From assembly GCA_028867785.1 (NCBI GenBank), contig JAGWFS010000002.1, forward strand, positions 116,678-148,677: a stretch of 32,000 bases of DNA, given 5' to 3'. Source of the stretch: Nitrososphaerota archaeon (lineage in GTDB: Archaea > Thermoproteota > Nitrososphaeria > Nitrososphaerales > Nitrosopumilaceae). Numbering within the stretch: the stretch's first letter is position 1; each line of letters opens with the position of its first letter. Below, in pieces: positions 23,813 through 31,843 of the stretch. Position numbers and translations under genes: made by a program. The notes under the pieces were generated by a model, which did no database searches, was not told where the DNA came from, and worked only from the letters and a program-made list of their open reading frames with translations.

Positions 23813-24510
23813 CTATCTTGTGTTAAATAGATCAGAAAATCTCTTGTTCTCTTTCAAATCTATTTTCAGTATCTTTTTGTAAACTTTATTCAGATCCTCA
23901 AAATTACCTCTTCCTCTTTCTAATGCAAAACTGATCAGATCTTCTTTTGGAATATCGAATTTCTTGATTTCTCTTCCTTTTATTTTGGTATTTGTTATGT
24001 TTTCTTTAATAGCGATGAAAATAGCTTCACGTAGAAATTCTTCTAATATGCCCCATATGGAGATTTGACACAAATAGTAAAAATTGGGAATGATAACGGC
24101 TGCCATGGTATACGACTTTACTGAAATCTCTTGAGTCGAGCTTCATCCACCTGAAAAATATTTTCAAAATCTTCTTGCGGTCAAATGTCGTGTGGGTCTC
24201 ACGACCTGAATCATCGGAATATAATTCTACAATCTTTGTAACAAGATTATCTACATCTGACTTTGTCACATGTTTCCATTCTACTGGAAGTAATCTGCTC
24301 AATGTCAAAAGAACTTGAAGATGTTTGAGTCTTGTCGCTTTTGTAAGAGACTCCCTTATCATCAGTCTGTCGTACTCTTCGATTATTTTTATTGTGTCTT
24401 CAGATATTTTCTGGTCGTTGCGAATTAGTTTTTTTAATTCCTTCTATTCTCCTGTCATAATCGTAAATGTCGATTTCATTTTTTGTCAATCGAGAAAACT
24501 TTTGTTTCAA
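23813..24510 (-). pseudogene. Tyrosine recombinase (archaeal XerA/integrase-like), decayed and lacking a recognisable catalytic C-terminal half
   Basis: The N-terminal SAM-like domain pattern is ISEDTIKIIEEYDRLMIRESLTKATRLKHLQVLLTLSRLL..WKHVTKSDVDNLVTKI...T..DRKKILKIFFRWMKL. A frameshift lies in the T7/A7 run 24429-24435, and a second frame change lies near 24110. In the core-domain start (ISIWGILEEFL...NTKIKGREIKKFDIP) the expected Arg is not evident, and I found no HxxR or Tyr region. Confidence 0.55.
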
Positions 24511-24574
24511 GTATGCATATTACGTCGAACAGGGCTTTAAAGTGAATTAATGGCGCCAGGTAAGAGTGTTAAGA

Positions 24575-27562
24575 TTAGTGCTTTGCAGTAAGCCTGTCGT
24601 GAATCTGAGCCAGGATCAATTCTGCCTTGTCTTTATTTTCAAACGCCTCCTCTTTTTCATCCATGATTGCGTCAATCTCGTAGCTCTTGTCGACCAGCAC
24701 GTTTGCAACATGATCGTCAAGTGTGGCGTTTCCTATCAGATAATATGCAAATACTGTGTTCTTCTGTCCTATCCTGTGCAGCCTGTCCTCAGCTTGTCTG
24801 TGTATTGCAGGACTCCAGTCAAGCTCGGCAAATATGACGTATCTTGCCTTGCTTAGGTTTATTCCGACGTTTCCGGCCCGCAGTCCTGCAATCATGAGCT
24901 TTGTCTCACCGTTCTGGAATCTGTCTATGTTGTCCTGTCTTTCCTTGTCCGACTGTCCCCCTATGATTGACGAAGGAGAATATTCATGAAGGCTCTTGTG
25001 CAGCAGGGCATGTATTGCCTTGTGATGGCAGAATACAACGACACTTTCCTCTATCTCCATTATGTTTTTGACAAACTCGATGACATGGGGCAGCTTTGCA
25101 GCCCCGGCTGCCTGTCTCTCGCTCTGTATTGCTCTCTTGTATGATGAAAACTTGTCAAATGCAGACGTTGCAGTTTTTTGCTCTTCTTCAAGGCGCTTCC
25201 AAATCTTGTCAAGCTCTGAATAGTAATAGTTAATGTCAGAGTCGATAAACTCCTTGTATCTGACCTTTTCCTTCAACTCCTTTAATACGTCTGATTTTTT
25301 GCGCCTGAGCATGACATGTTTTCGCAACTCTTCTCCCAAACTTGCCCGCTTATTTTCAAGCACTATTGCCTTGCCTTTTTCGTTTACATAACAGAAATAC
25401 TCGCAAAACTCGTCAAAGCTTCCCAGCAGTCCCGGCCGCAGTATGTCTACTATGGGCCATATCTCAGAGCCCCTGTTGTAAATCGGAGTGCCGGACAGAC
25501 CAATTCTGTATTTTATGGATTCAAGTCCTGCAAGTTTTTTTACTGCGGAATATTTCTTGGTTGATTTTGAACGAAGGTGCTGCACTTCATCGCATACCAG
25601 GGTCTTTATGTTCAATTTTGAAAGGTCGTCCAGTCTCTTGTATAGCAGATCATAGTTTATGATGTAAATGTCATACTTGCCAATCTCCTGTGACTTGCCT
25701 GTTCGAATGAGCACTGATGATGGATGCTGGTCTTCAACAACTCGGCCGTTTCGGCTCCTTTTTTTCAGGAACTTCTGGATCTCTCTCTGCCAGTTGCTCA
25801 ATGTTACAAGAGGTGCAACTATGAGAGCTGGAAATGTTTGTTTTTCTGTAGCCAAGTATGATAGAGTCTGAACGGTATTATGGGTAATGATGCCATTGGC
25901 AACATAGTTATGAGTATCTGGAACAGACAAGTCGTAGACATAACCTGCATAATGCTTTGTCTCGATCGATTTGATTGTACACCAGTTGATCGACTCCAAA
26001 GACATTTCTCGTAACTGACTTGAAAGTTCGTACTCGTGAAGTGATTCCAACTTGTTGGAGACAGAAATGGCCAACTGTTTACTCATGCCTTGCGTGTACT
26101 TGTACGGAGTGTAGAGGTCAAGTGAACGTAATGGTATTCTAGTCTCTGCAATTTTTCGAACAATTTTCTGCGATGGTATGCCTTCAATGTCTGTATTGTG
26201 CTTTTTTGATGCAAGTTTTTCTAACGCCCTTTGTTTGTATGCGGTAAGAAGAGTGAACTGTTCGTGGAATTTAGATACAGAATTTCCGCCAAATGTGCAT
26301 GTGTAGTATTTTCTACGTTTTCTAGAACCGTTTGATGCATATTTCTTTGCAATTCTAATGCGAAGCCAGATTCCAAAGTGTAAGAGAATTTCACGCAACG
26401 TAAATGCGATGGATTTGCTTGCCGTAGTTAGTTCACAGTGAGTCTTGCCTACGTGGCCTTCTGCATCAAAAATGGCCTGAACAAACGTCTTCTGGGTTTC
26501 TAAAGGAGCCTCGAGTATTGCTCTTGGGACAATTTTGTCCTTTGATTTCTTGCCCCACTTATATCCCCATTTTGAAAATAATTTGTAAAATTGAGTTGTA
26601 GCAATAACGAAAGTTGTTTTATCCTTTCTTGGTTTGGGCAGTTCTATTCCTTGACATTTTCCTAACTGTCTCACTCTTGATAATATTTTTGAATCAGAAT
26701 TATAAAATCTTCCATGAGGATATCTATTATTTTCAAAATACTCGTATCCCTCTGAAATCTGCCATGCAATTAATTCAGCCACCTCTGGTGATAGCGAATT
26801 TTTTCCTACATGCAAAGTTTTTGAAGGAACTGCCACCTTGTCGTCCATGCTTAGTTTTCCAGCCATCTTCCAGCCTTCTGGTGTGTGCAATCTATGACGT
26901 TTTGTACATTCTATCGACAAGCCGTCTGCAAGTGTGATCTTTACTATATCCTCGTCTATCTTCTGCCGAAAGACTCTTGAGACCTTCTTAGTTACAATCT
27001 TTCTTCCATCAAATGATTGGACATTGATTGGGACTTTTAGTCGGCCCCATTCCTCATGTCTACTTCTGTCCGTTACTGTTGCTTCATCCCAGATCTCTTT
27101 AATCGTAACTTGGCTATTTCTGGTACTTATCAAAGTATTTTGTACTATGCATTTTCCCAATCCCATTTCGTCAGCCAATAGTGCGTTGCCAGAAGATTTT
27201 AACAAAAAGTCCAGTCCCTCTCTCTGAAAATTGAGCAGGGTTCCCCTGAACTGCTCGCCAGGATTTGCCTTTCGCAGCTTTTCTATTCTGGTCCATTTTC
27301 TTTTTCGAACTGTCATATGCCTTGTCTTTCTCTGCCAGATGTTTCTTGATTTTATCTCTAGCGGGTACGTCTCCATTATCCATTTTATCTTCTGGACGTT
27401 TTGCTCTGTATCGGGAACTATGGCCTCTTCAGGTCCACCACCGTACCAGGCATGAGGTATGACCCGCGCCACCATGCTTACGGCCCTCGAGCCGGTAAGC
27501 TTCCAAGTCCAGTTTTTTGAGTAAATGTCCAAGACATACTCTAGGGTTCCAAATTCTTTCAT
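24575..27562 (-). CDS. SNF2-family (SWI2/SNF2, Rad54/RapA-like) helicase containing an intein; predicted mature extein 570 aa
   Basis: Motif I DEMGLGK|...|TVQTL is split by the insert. Motif II is LVCDEVQHL, motif III is LSGTPIYN, and the C-terminal helicase motifs are GLRAGNVGINL....DWSPAIHRQAEDRLHRIGQ. Confidence 0.9.
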   Translation of the reverse strand: MKEFGTLEYVLDIYSKNWTWKLTGSRAVSMVARVIPHAWYGGGPEEAIVPDTEQNVQKIKWIMETYPLEIKSRNIWQRKTRHMTVRKRKWTRIEKLRKANPGEQFRGTLLNFQREGLDFLLKSSGNALLADEMGLGKCIVQNTLISTRNSQVTIKEIWDEATVTDRSRHEEWGRLKVPINVQSFDGRKIVTKKVSRVFRQKIDEDIVKITLADGLSIECTKRHRLHTPEGWKMAGKLSMDDKVAVPSKTLHVGKNSLSPEVAELIAWQISEGYEYFENNRYPHGRFYNSDSKILSRVRQLGKCQGIELPKPRKDKTTFVIATTQFYKLFSKWGYKWGKKSKDKIVPRAILEAPLETQKTFVQAIFDAEGHVGKTHCELTTASKSIAFTLREILLHFGIWLRIRIAKKYASNGSRKRRKYYTCTFGGNSVSKFHEQFTLLTAYKQRALEKLASKKHNTDIEGIPSQKIVRKIAETRIPLRSLDLYTPYKYTQGMSKQLAISVSNKLESLHEYELSSQLREMSLESINWCTIKSIETKHYAGYVYDLSVPDTHNYVANGIITHNTVQTLSYLATEKQTFPALIVAPLVTLSNWQREIQKFLKKRSRNGRVVEDQHPSSVLIRTGKSQEIGKYDIYIINYDLLYKRLDDLSKLNIKTLVCDEVQHLRSKSTKKYSAVKKLAGLESIKYRIGLSGTPIYNRGSEIWPIVDILRPGLLGSFDEFCEYFCYVNEKGKAIVLENKRASLGEELRKHVMLRRKKSDVLKELKEKVRYKEFIDSDINYYYSELDKIWKRLEEEQKTATSAFDKFSSYKRAIQSERQAAGAAKLPHVIEFVKNIMEIEESVVVFCHHKAIHALLHKSLHEYSPSSIIGGQSDKERQDNIDRFQNGETKLMIAGLRAGNVGINLSKARYVIFAELDWSPAIHRQAEDRLHRIGQKNTVFAYYLIGNATLDDHVANVLVDKSYEIDAIMDEKEEAFENKDKAELILAQIHDRLTAKH
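25877..27151 (-). mobile_element. Intein (425 aa) with a LAGLIDADG homing-endonuclease domain, inserted in helicase motif I
   Basis: Residues 138-562 of the ORF form the insert. It has Cys1 (CIVQNTL), block B T-x-x-H (ECTKRHRLH), LAGLIDADG-like motifs LIAWQISEGYEY and FVQAIFDAEGHVG, and blocks F/G VYDLSVPDTHNYVANGIITHN followed by +1 Thr. Excision restores DEMGLGKTVQ. Confidence 0.88.
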
Positions 27563-27722
27563 GGCTGGTAATTCTCCGAGAGTTTGCTAATTGGACTTAT
27601 GAATCTTTAATTTTTGGGCTAAAGTGGAGATCTTGTTATTTTATGTGGGAATTGAACTAATTTTGACGTAAATGATCCCGTTCGGTAGAATAACTTGAGG
27701 GAAATTAAAATTAGTTAATAGA

Positions 27723-28208
27723 TCATGAGGCTTTGGCAGGACTCTTTGTCAGTCTTATCTTCTGTGTGTTGTCGTCATACCTTAGCAGGAGTGCATATCT
27801 GCCCCACTCGACTATCCATGAAAAGGTCTGCTCGGCATTAACGTCTGGCATCTCTTGTCTGATAAAGGACAGCAGATCCTCTTTTGTCACCGTGCTGCCG
27901 TGTTCTTTTCTTATAAAGTTCAGGATTCCCTTGATCTCGCCCAAGTTGGATACGGCATTGTAGAGCTCTCTTTTTCTTCCGCTTATGCCCTTGGAAAGCA
28001 ACGTTGTACCTTCACTTGTCAGGATAAGATCACCCGCGTTTACCTGGATTAGTTTCAAAAGCTTTGCCGCGTCCACTGCCGGAAGTATGTCGTCAAGCTC
28101 CAGTCGTAGCTCATCTGCTACCTTTGCCAGGTCTACCTTTCCATGAAAGTCACGTAGTATCTCTAGGAGACCAATGACCGTACCTACTTGTGCACGGGGA
28201 ATGGTCAA
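27723..28208 (-). CDS. Stand-alone 'AAA-associated C-terminal domain' protein of NitT/TauT-type ABC systems
   Basis: The 161 aa show the pattern I associate with that domain: ..GLLEIL....GKVDLAKVADEL.LELDDILPAVDAAKLL.L......GDL.LT..G........RK......WIVEWGRYALLLRYD. It lies directly downstream of the ABC ATPase gene. Confidence 0.55.
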   Translation of the reverse strand: MTIPRAQVGTVIGLLEILRDFHGKVDLAKVADELRLELDDILPAVDAAKLLKLIQVNAGDLILTSEGTTLLSKGISGRKRELYNAVSNLGEIKGILNFIRKEHGSTVTKEDLLSFIRQEMPDVNAEQTFSWIVEWGRYALLLRYDDNTQKIRLTKSPAKAS

Positions 28209-28263
28209 CCTTCATTCCTCCACAAAACAAATTCTGGTCGATTTTGCAACAAATAAACGTTCA

Positions 28264-29052
28264 TCATGCGATCAACCCTGTTATCTCGTCAACAATCCTG
28301 TAAATCTCCGGGCTCCTGGGGTCGCGCGGTCTTGGCAGGTCTATCTTCACCTCTCTTGCTATCGTGCCAGGACGTGTTGTTAGGACTATTATTCTGTCTG
28401 ACATGTATACCGCCTCTTCCACGTTGTGTGTGACCATCACAACTGCTTCGGGTGGAAGGTCGGGGTTTTCCCAGAGGTGAAGCACCTCTTCTCTGAGGTG
28501 AGTAGATGTTAGCGGGTCTAGTGCGGAAAAAGGCTCATCCATCAAAAGTATCTCTGGCTCGGAAACCAATGCTCTTGCAATTCCGACCCTTTGTTTCATA
28601 CCGCCTGACAACTCTCTTGGATACGCTTCCTCGTATCCTTCAAGGCCTATTACCTTGACCATGTCCGTCACTCTCTTTTTTTTCTCTTCTTTTGAAAACT
28701 GTTTTCCTTCAAGCCCTATCTCTACATTTTCTTGAACATTTAACCATGGAAATAGCGCAAAAGTCTGAAACACCATTGACATTGCCTCGCATACTCTGCC
28801 AATCTTTTGTCCGTGATAGTACACTTCTCCGTCCTCCGGATTTGTCAGTCCCATCATTATCCTGAGCATCGTGGATTTGCCACATCCTGACGGACCGACA
28901 ATGCTGATGAATTCGTGCTGTCTGACTATCAGGTTGATATGTTCCAGTACAACATGCGGCCTCTCTGTCAATGGACCGTAAGCTTTTGTGACATTGCGGA
29001 GCTCAACCAACTTTGCAAGTTCTACTTGTTCTGTCATAGTGTCATCACTCAA
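28264..29052 (-). CDS. ABC transporter ATP-binding protein (nitrate/sulfonate/bicarbonate, NitT/TauT-like)
   Basis: Walker A is GPSGCGKST, the ABC signature is LSGGMKQRVGIARAL, Walker B is ILLMDEPFSALD, and the H-loop is VMVTHNVEEA. Its start overlaps the permease stop by 4 nt. Confidence 0.92.
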   Translation of the reverse strand: MSDDTMTEQVELAKLVELRNVTKAYGPLTERPHVVLEHINLIVRQHEFISIVGPSGCGKSTMLRIMMGLTNPEDGEVYYHGQKIGRVCEAMSMVFQTFALFPWLNVQENVEIGLEGKQFSKEEKKKRVTDMVKVIGLEGYEEAYPRELSGGMKQRVGIARALVSEPEILLMDEPFSALDPLTSTHLREEVLHLWENPDLPPEAVVMVTHNVEEAVYMSDRIIVLTTRPGTIAREVKIDLPRPRDPRSPEIYRIVDEITGLIA

Positions 29053-30719
29053 TAGTCTAACCTATACTTTGAAAACATTATCTTGTAAAGACGTTTCCAA
29101 AGGGTTCTGTTTAGCCCTACTACCACAGCTACCATTACTATGATGAGAACCGCAAGGAGGCTGACACTTCCTATCTCATACGCTGCCTTGTTCATAAGCG
29201 CCCCAATTCCAGGAACCGACATTGTTTTGTTGCTGTAAGTAATGTATTCAGATAGTACGAGGGCGTTCCATCCGCCTCCCCATGCAGTGATACTGCCTGT
29301 GATAAATGAGGGAAGTATTGCAGGAAAGATGAGTTTCTTTAACTTTTCCCATCCCTTTATGTTGTAAGCCTTTGCAGCCTCGGTAAGGTCTGCGGGAATG
29401 GACCTGACTGCACCAAGTACGTTAAACAGAATATACCATTGCATGCCGGTCATTGTAAGAATGACTGAAGTAAGCTCCAGTCCTCCAGGCAGATTCATGG
29501 TTCCAAGTACAATCAAAGGAAACAGGGCGGTTGCTGGCAGCGATGCGACTATCTCCATGATGAAGATCAAGCCTCCGAAAGACCTGGGCTTGCCTGCAAG
29601 CTTGAGTGCAAGGGGGAGAATCCATGCTACGCTTATCAGGTATGCTGCAAGCAGACGAAGCAGCGAGTAGCCAAGGTCCACTGGTATCTGGCTTGCAGCA
29701 CTTGCAATGTCGGGTTTTTTGAGGTCGTTTGAAACAGTTGCAGGAAATGATGCAATTCCAACAAGGGCCACCCAGCCTGTTACCACTAGGGAAACCGCAA
29801 TAACTGCTATGATTGCTATGATGATGTTTCTTCTGTGCCTCTGAATTATTTTTGGCTCTTCTGTGACGTGTTTTACTGTTGTAACTATCGGCCTGAGTCT
29901 GCTTGTTGGAATGACATGTGTCAGACCTGCGCGTCTGACTTGAAGCAATGCAAGATTGCGGCGGATCCATGTAAACCTGGGATCCGGCAAGTTTTTGTGC
30001 GGTTCGTCTTCTGACGACATGGATTCGTATTTGAACCTGCCTGCATATCTTCGCAGAGGCTTCCACAAGATGAGGTCAACAAATAATATAATGCATACAA
30101 GAACCGCCAGACCGAAGATGGTTCCTTGATAATCTCCCGCAGAGGTGGACTTGGCAAGATAGCTGCCTATGCCAGGCAGTGTATATTGTTTTGATCCAAT
30201 GGAAATGAGCTCTGCCGCCACGAGGTAATACCATCCGGTCGCCCAGGATAGGATGCCGTTGTAGATGAGCTTTGGTATGGCTGCCGGAAGATACAAAGTC
30301 TTGAATTTTTTCCAACCCTTGACACCAAATGAACCTGACGCCTCTTCCAAGTCTGACGGTATGGAAGAGACGGATTCGTACACTGCAAAGGCCAGGTTCC
30401 ATGCTTGGCTTGTAAAAATAAGAAATATTGCAGCCATTTCGACGCCTACCCAGCTCTGATTGAAAAGTGCGATGAAGAAGAAGATGGCTGCTGGGAAGAA
30501 TCCGAGGATTGGAACCGATTGTAATATGTCAAGAATTGGCATCATTATTTTTTCAGCCTTTTTGTTTCTTGCAGCTACGACTCCATAGGATATGGCAAAG
30601 ATATACGATACTATGATGCCTATGGTCATCCTGACAAGAGAATACCCAGAGTCAACTAAGACATGCACAAAGTCTTTTGGAAGAAAGCTTGACAGAATTG
30701 GATCTAGGACCATGTTCAT
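29049..30719 (-). CDS. ABC transporter permease, duplicated/fused (two BPD-type transmembrane domains)
   Basis: The 556 aa contain two homologous halves. Each has the EAA-like loop context (..IPSDLEEASGSFGVKGWKKFKTLYLPAAIP.. and ..IPADLTEAAKAYNIKGWEKLKKLIFPAILP..). Confidence 0.88.
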   Translation of the reverse strand: MNMVLDPILSSFLPKDFVHVLVDSGYSLVRMTIGIIVSYIFAISYGVVAARNKKAEKIMMPILDILQSVPILGFFPAAIFFFIALFNQSWVGVEMAAIFLIFTSQAWNLAFAVYESVSSIPSDLEEASGSFGVKGWKKFKTLYLPAAIPKLIYNGILSWATGWYYLVAAELISIGSKQYTLPGIGSYLAKSTSAGDYQGTIFGLAVLVCIILFVDLILWKPLRRYAGRFKYESMSSEDEPHKNLPDPRFTWIRRNLALLQVRRAGLTHVIPTSRLRPIVTTVKHVTEEPKIIQRHRRNIIIAIIAVIAVSLVVTGWVALVGIASFPATVSNDLKKPDIASAASQIPVDLGYSLLRLLAAYLISVAWILPLALKLAGKPRSFGGLIFIMEIVASLPATALFPLIVLGTMNLPGGLELTSVILTMTGMQWYILFNVLGAVRSIPADLTEAAKAYNIKGWEKLKKLIFPAILPSFITGSITAWGGGWNALVLSEYITYSNKTMSVPGIGALMNKAAYEIGSVSLLAVLIIVMVAVVVGLNRTLWKRLYKIMFSKYRLDY

Positions 30720-30909
30720 CCTAGGGCACAGTGAATGGGTTTATACGCATTGTGTTTTGGCAAACTCGAAGGATCTTCATATGATACTTGATCAAATTTG
30801 CCTGATGACTGTTGGATGGTATGTCTGGAATCATTCTCAATATGTTTTTCATAGGCGCGCAAAGATCATATGGTAAAAATATGCTTCGTTCTGACCAACT
30901 TGTAATAGC

Positions 30910-31191
30910 ATGAAGGTACTGGTAGATGAAATGTATGATGGGATGGATGTAAGGCTGAAGGAATTTGGATACGAGGCATTTAGCGTAAAAAAACTGATTA
31001 TGGAAGGAAAGAAGCTTGCCAGCGACTATTCTGTGATAAAATATGCTGAAGAAAACGGGATGGTGATGATAACCGGAGACATTGAAATCGGCAAGGCCTG
31101 CAAGGAAAATGGCATTCCATGCGTGCTGCTTGACACTGACGCGTTGTTTAAAATCATCTTGGAAGAACTGGGAAACTTTAAGAACCGCTGA
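30910..31191 (+). CDS. PIN-like small protein (DUF5615/Mut7-C-like pattern), orphan
   Basis: The 93 aa read MKVLVDEMYDGMDVRLKEFGYEAF......ASDYSVIKYAEENGMVMITGDIEIG, matching the K-x-L-x-DE ... G ... D ... T-x-D arrangement of that family. No adjacent antitoxin-like ORF is present. Confidence 0.5.
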   Translation: MKVLVDEMYDGMDVRLKEFGYEAFSVKKLIMEGKKLASDYSVIKYAEENGMVMITGDIEIGKACKENGIPCVLLDTDALFKIILEELGNFKNR

Positions 31192-31795
31192 CTTTTCTTT
31201 TCTTCCAGTATATGATTATGCCGATGACCACGACTGCTATGACCATAGCATCAACATAATCCGAGTATCTTCTGATGCTGTCCCATTCTTGGCCCAACTT
31301 TATGCCCACAAATGCCAGGGCTGTATTCCATATTGCAGAGCCAATCAGGGTAAATACTGAAAACTTCTTCAGGCTCATCTTGGCAGCCCCTGCCGGCAGG
31401 GAGACGTATGTTCTTATGGCCGGAAGCAGCCTGCTGATGAAAATGGATCTGTCCCCGTATTTTTTGAAATAAGACTCGGCAAGCTCCAGATGGGATTTTT
31501 TGAGTAATACATACCTGCCGTATCTTAACACAAAACCTCGTCCAAGATATGCGCCTACTGCGTAGGCAATCAGAGATCCGACAAGATTTCCTATTGTGCC
31601 TGCAATTACGACTGGTACGACATCAAACTTGCCAGTTGAGACAAGATAGCCTGAGAATAGCATGATTACCTCACTTGGTATGGGTATGAGCGCGCTTTCT
31701 GCAACCATGAGGAAGAAAACCCCCAGATATCCGGAATTTGATATGGTCTGAATTATGAAACTAGTCAGACTGCTAAGAATCTCAAGTGTAACCAA
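31178..31795 (-). CDS. dedA: DedA-family (SNARE-associated) membrane protein
   Basis: The 205 aa carry the DedA signature region GYLGVFFLMVAESALIPIPSEVIMLFSGYL and ...RLLPAIRTYVSLPAGAAKMSLKKF. Confidence 0.85.
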   Translation of the reverse strand: MVTLEILSSLTSFIIQTISNSGYLGVFFLMVAESALIPIPSEVIMLFSGYLVSTGKFDVVPVVIAGTIGNLVGSLIAYAVGAYLGRGFVLRYGRYVLLKKSHLELAESYFKKYGDRSIFISRLLPAIRTYVSLPAGAAKMSLKKFSVFTLIGSAIWNTALAFVGIKLGQEWDSIRRYSDYVDAMVIAVVVIGIIIYWKKRKVSGS

Positions 31796-31843
31796 CTTCT
31801 AGTATGAAGCCGTTTGAATAGTGAATTATACCTATCGAGAGAT

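Noticed and set aside
16524-24575. A search for a tRNA gene or flanking direct repeats (att sites) at the edges of the accessory island (16524-16600 and 24511-24575).
   Set aside because: I could find no cloverleaf-compatible sequence (no GTTCRAATC-type T-loop) and no shared repeat of 10 bp or more by eye. Absence by manual inspection is weak evidence, so the boundaries remain approximate.
24566-27462. Plus-strand ORFs antisense to the SNF2/intein gene (24566-24856, 25316-25662, 26614-27227, 27231-27462).
   Set aside because: They are antisense shadows of a 995-aa ORF that carries all helicase and intein motifs. They are Leu/Phe/Ser-rich, as is typical of the reverse complement of Lys/Glu-rich coding sequence.
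29398-30459. ORFs overlapping the ABC permease gene in other frames or on the other strand (e.g. 29422-30066 minus, 214 aa; 30076-30402 minus; 29398-29670 plus).
   Set aside because: The permease frame gives a coherent duplicated BPD-type membrane protein. The alternatives are Cys/Arg/Ser-rich and have no TM pattern or recognisable motifs.
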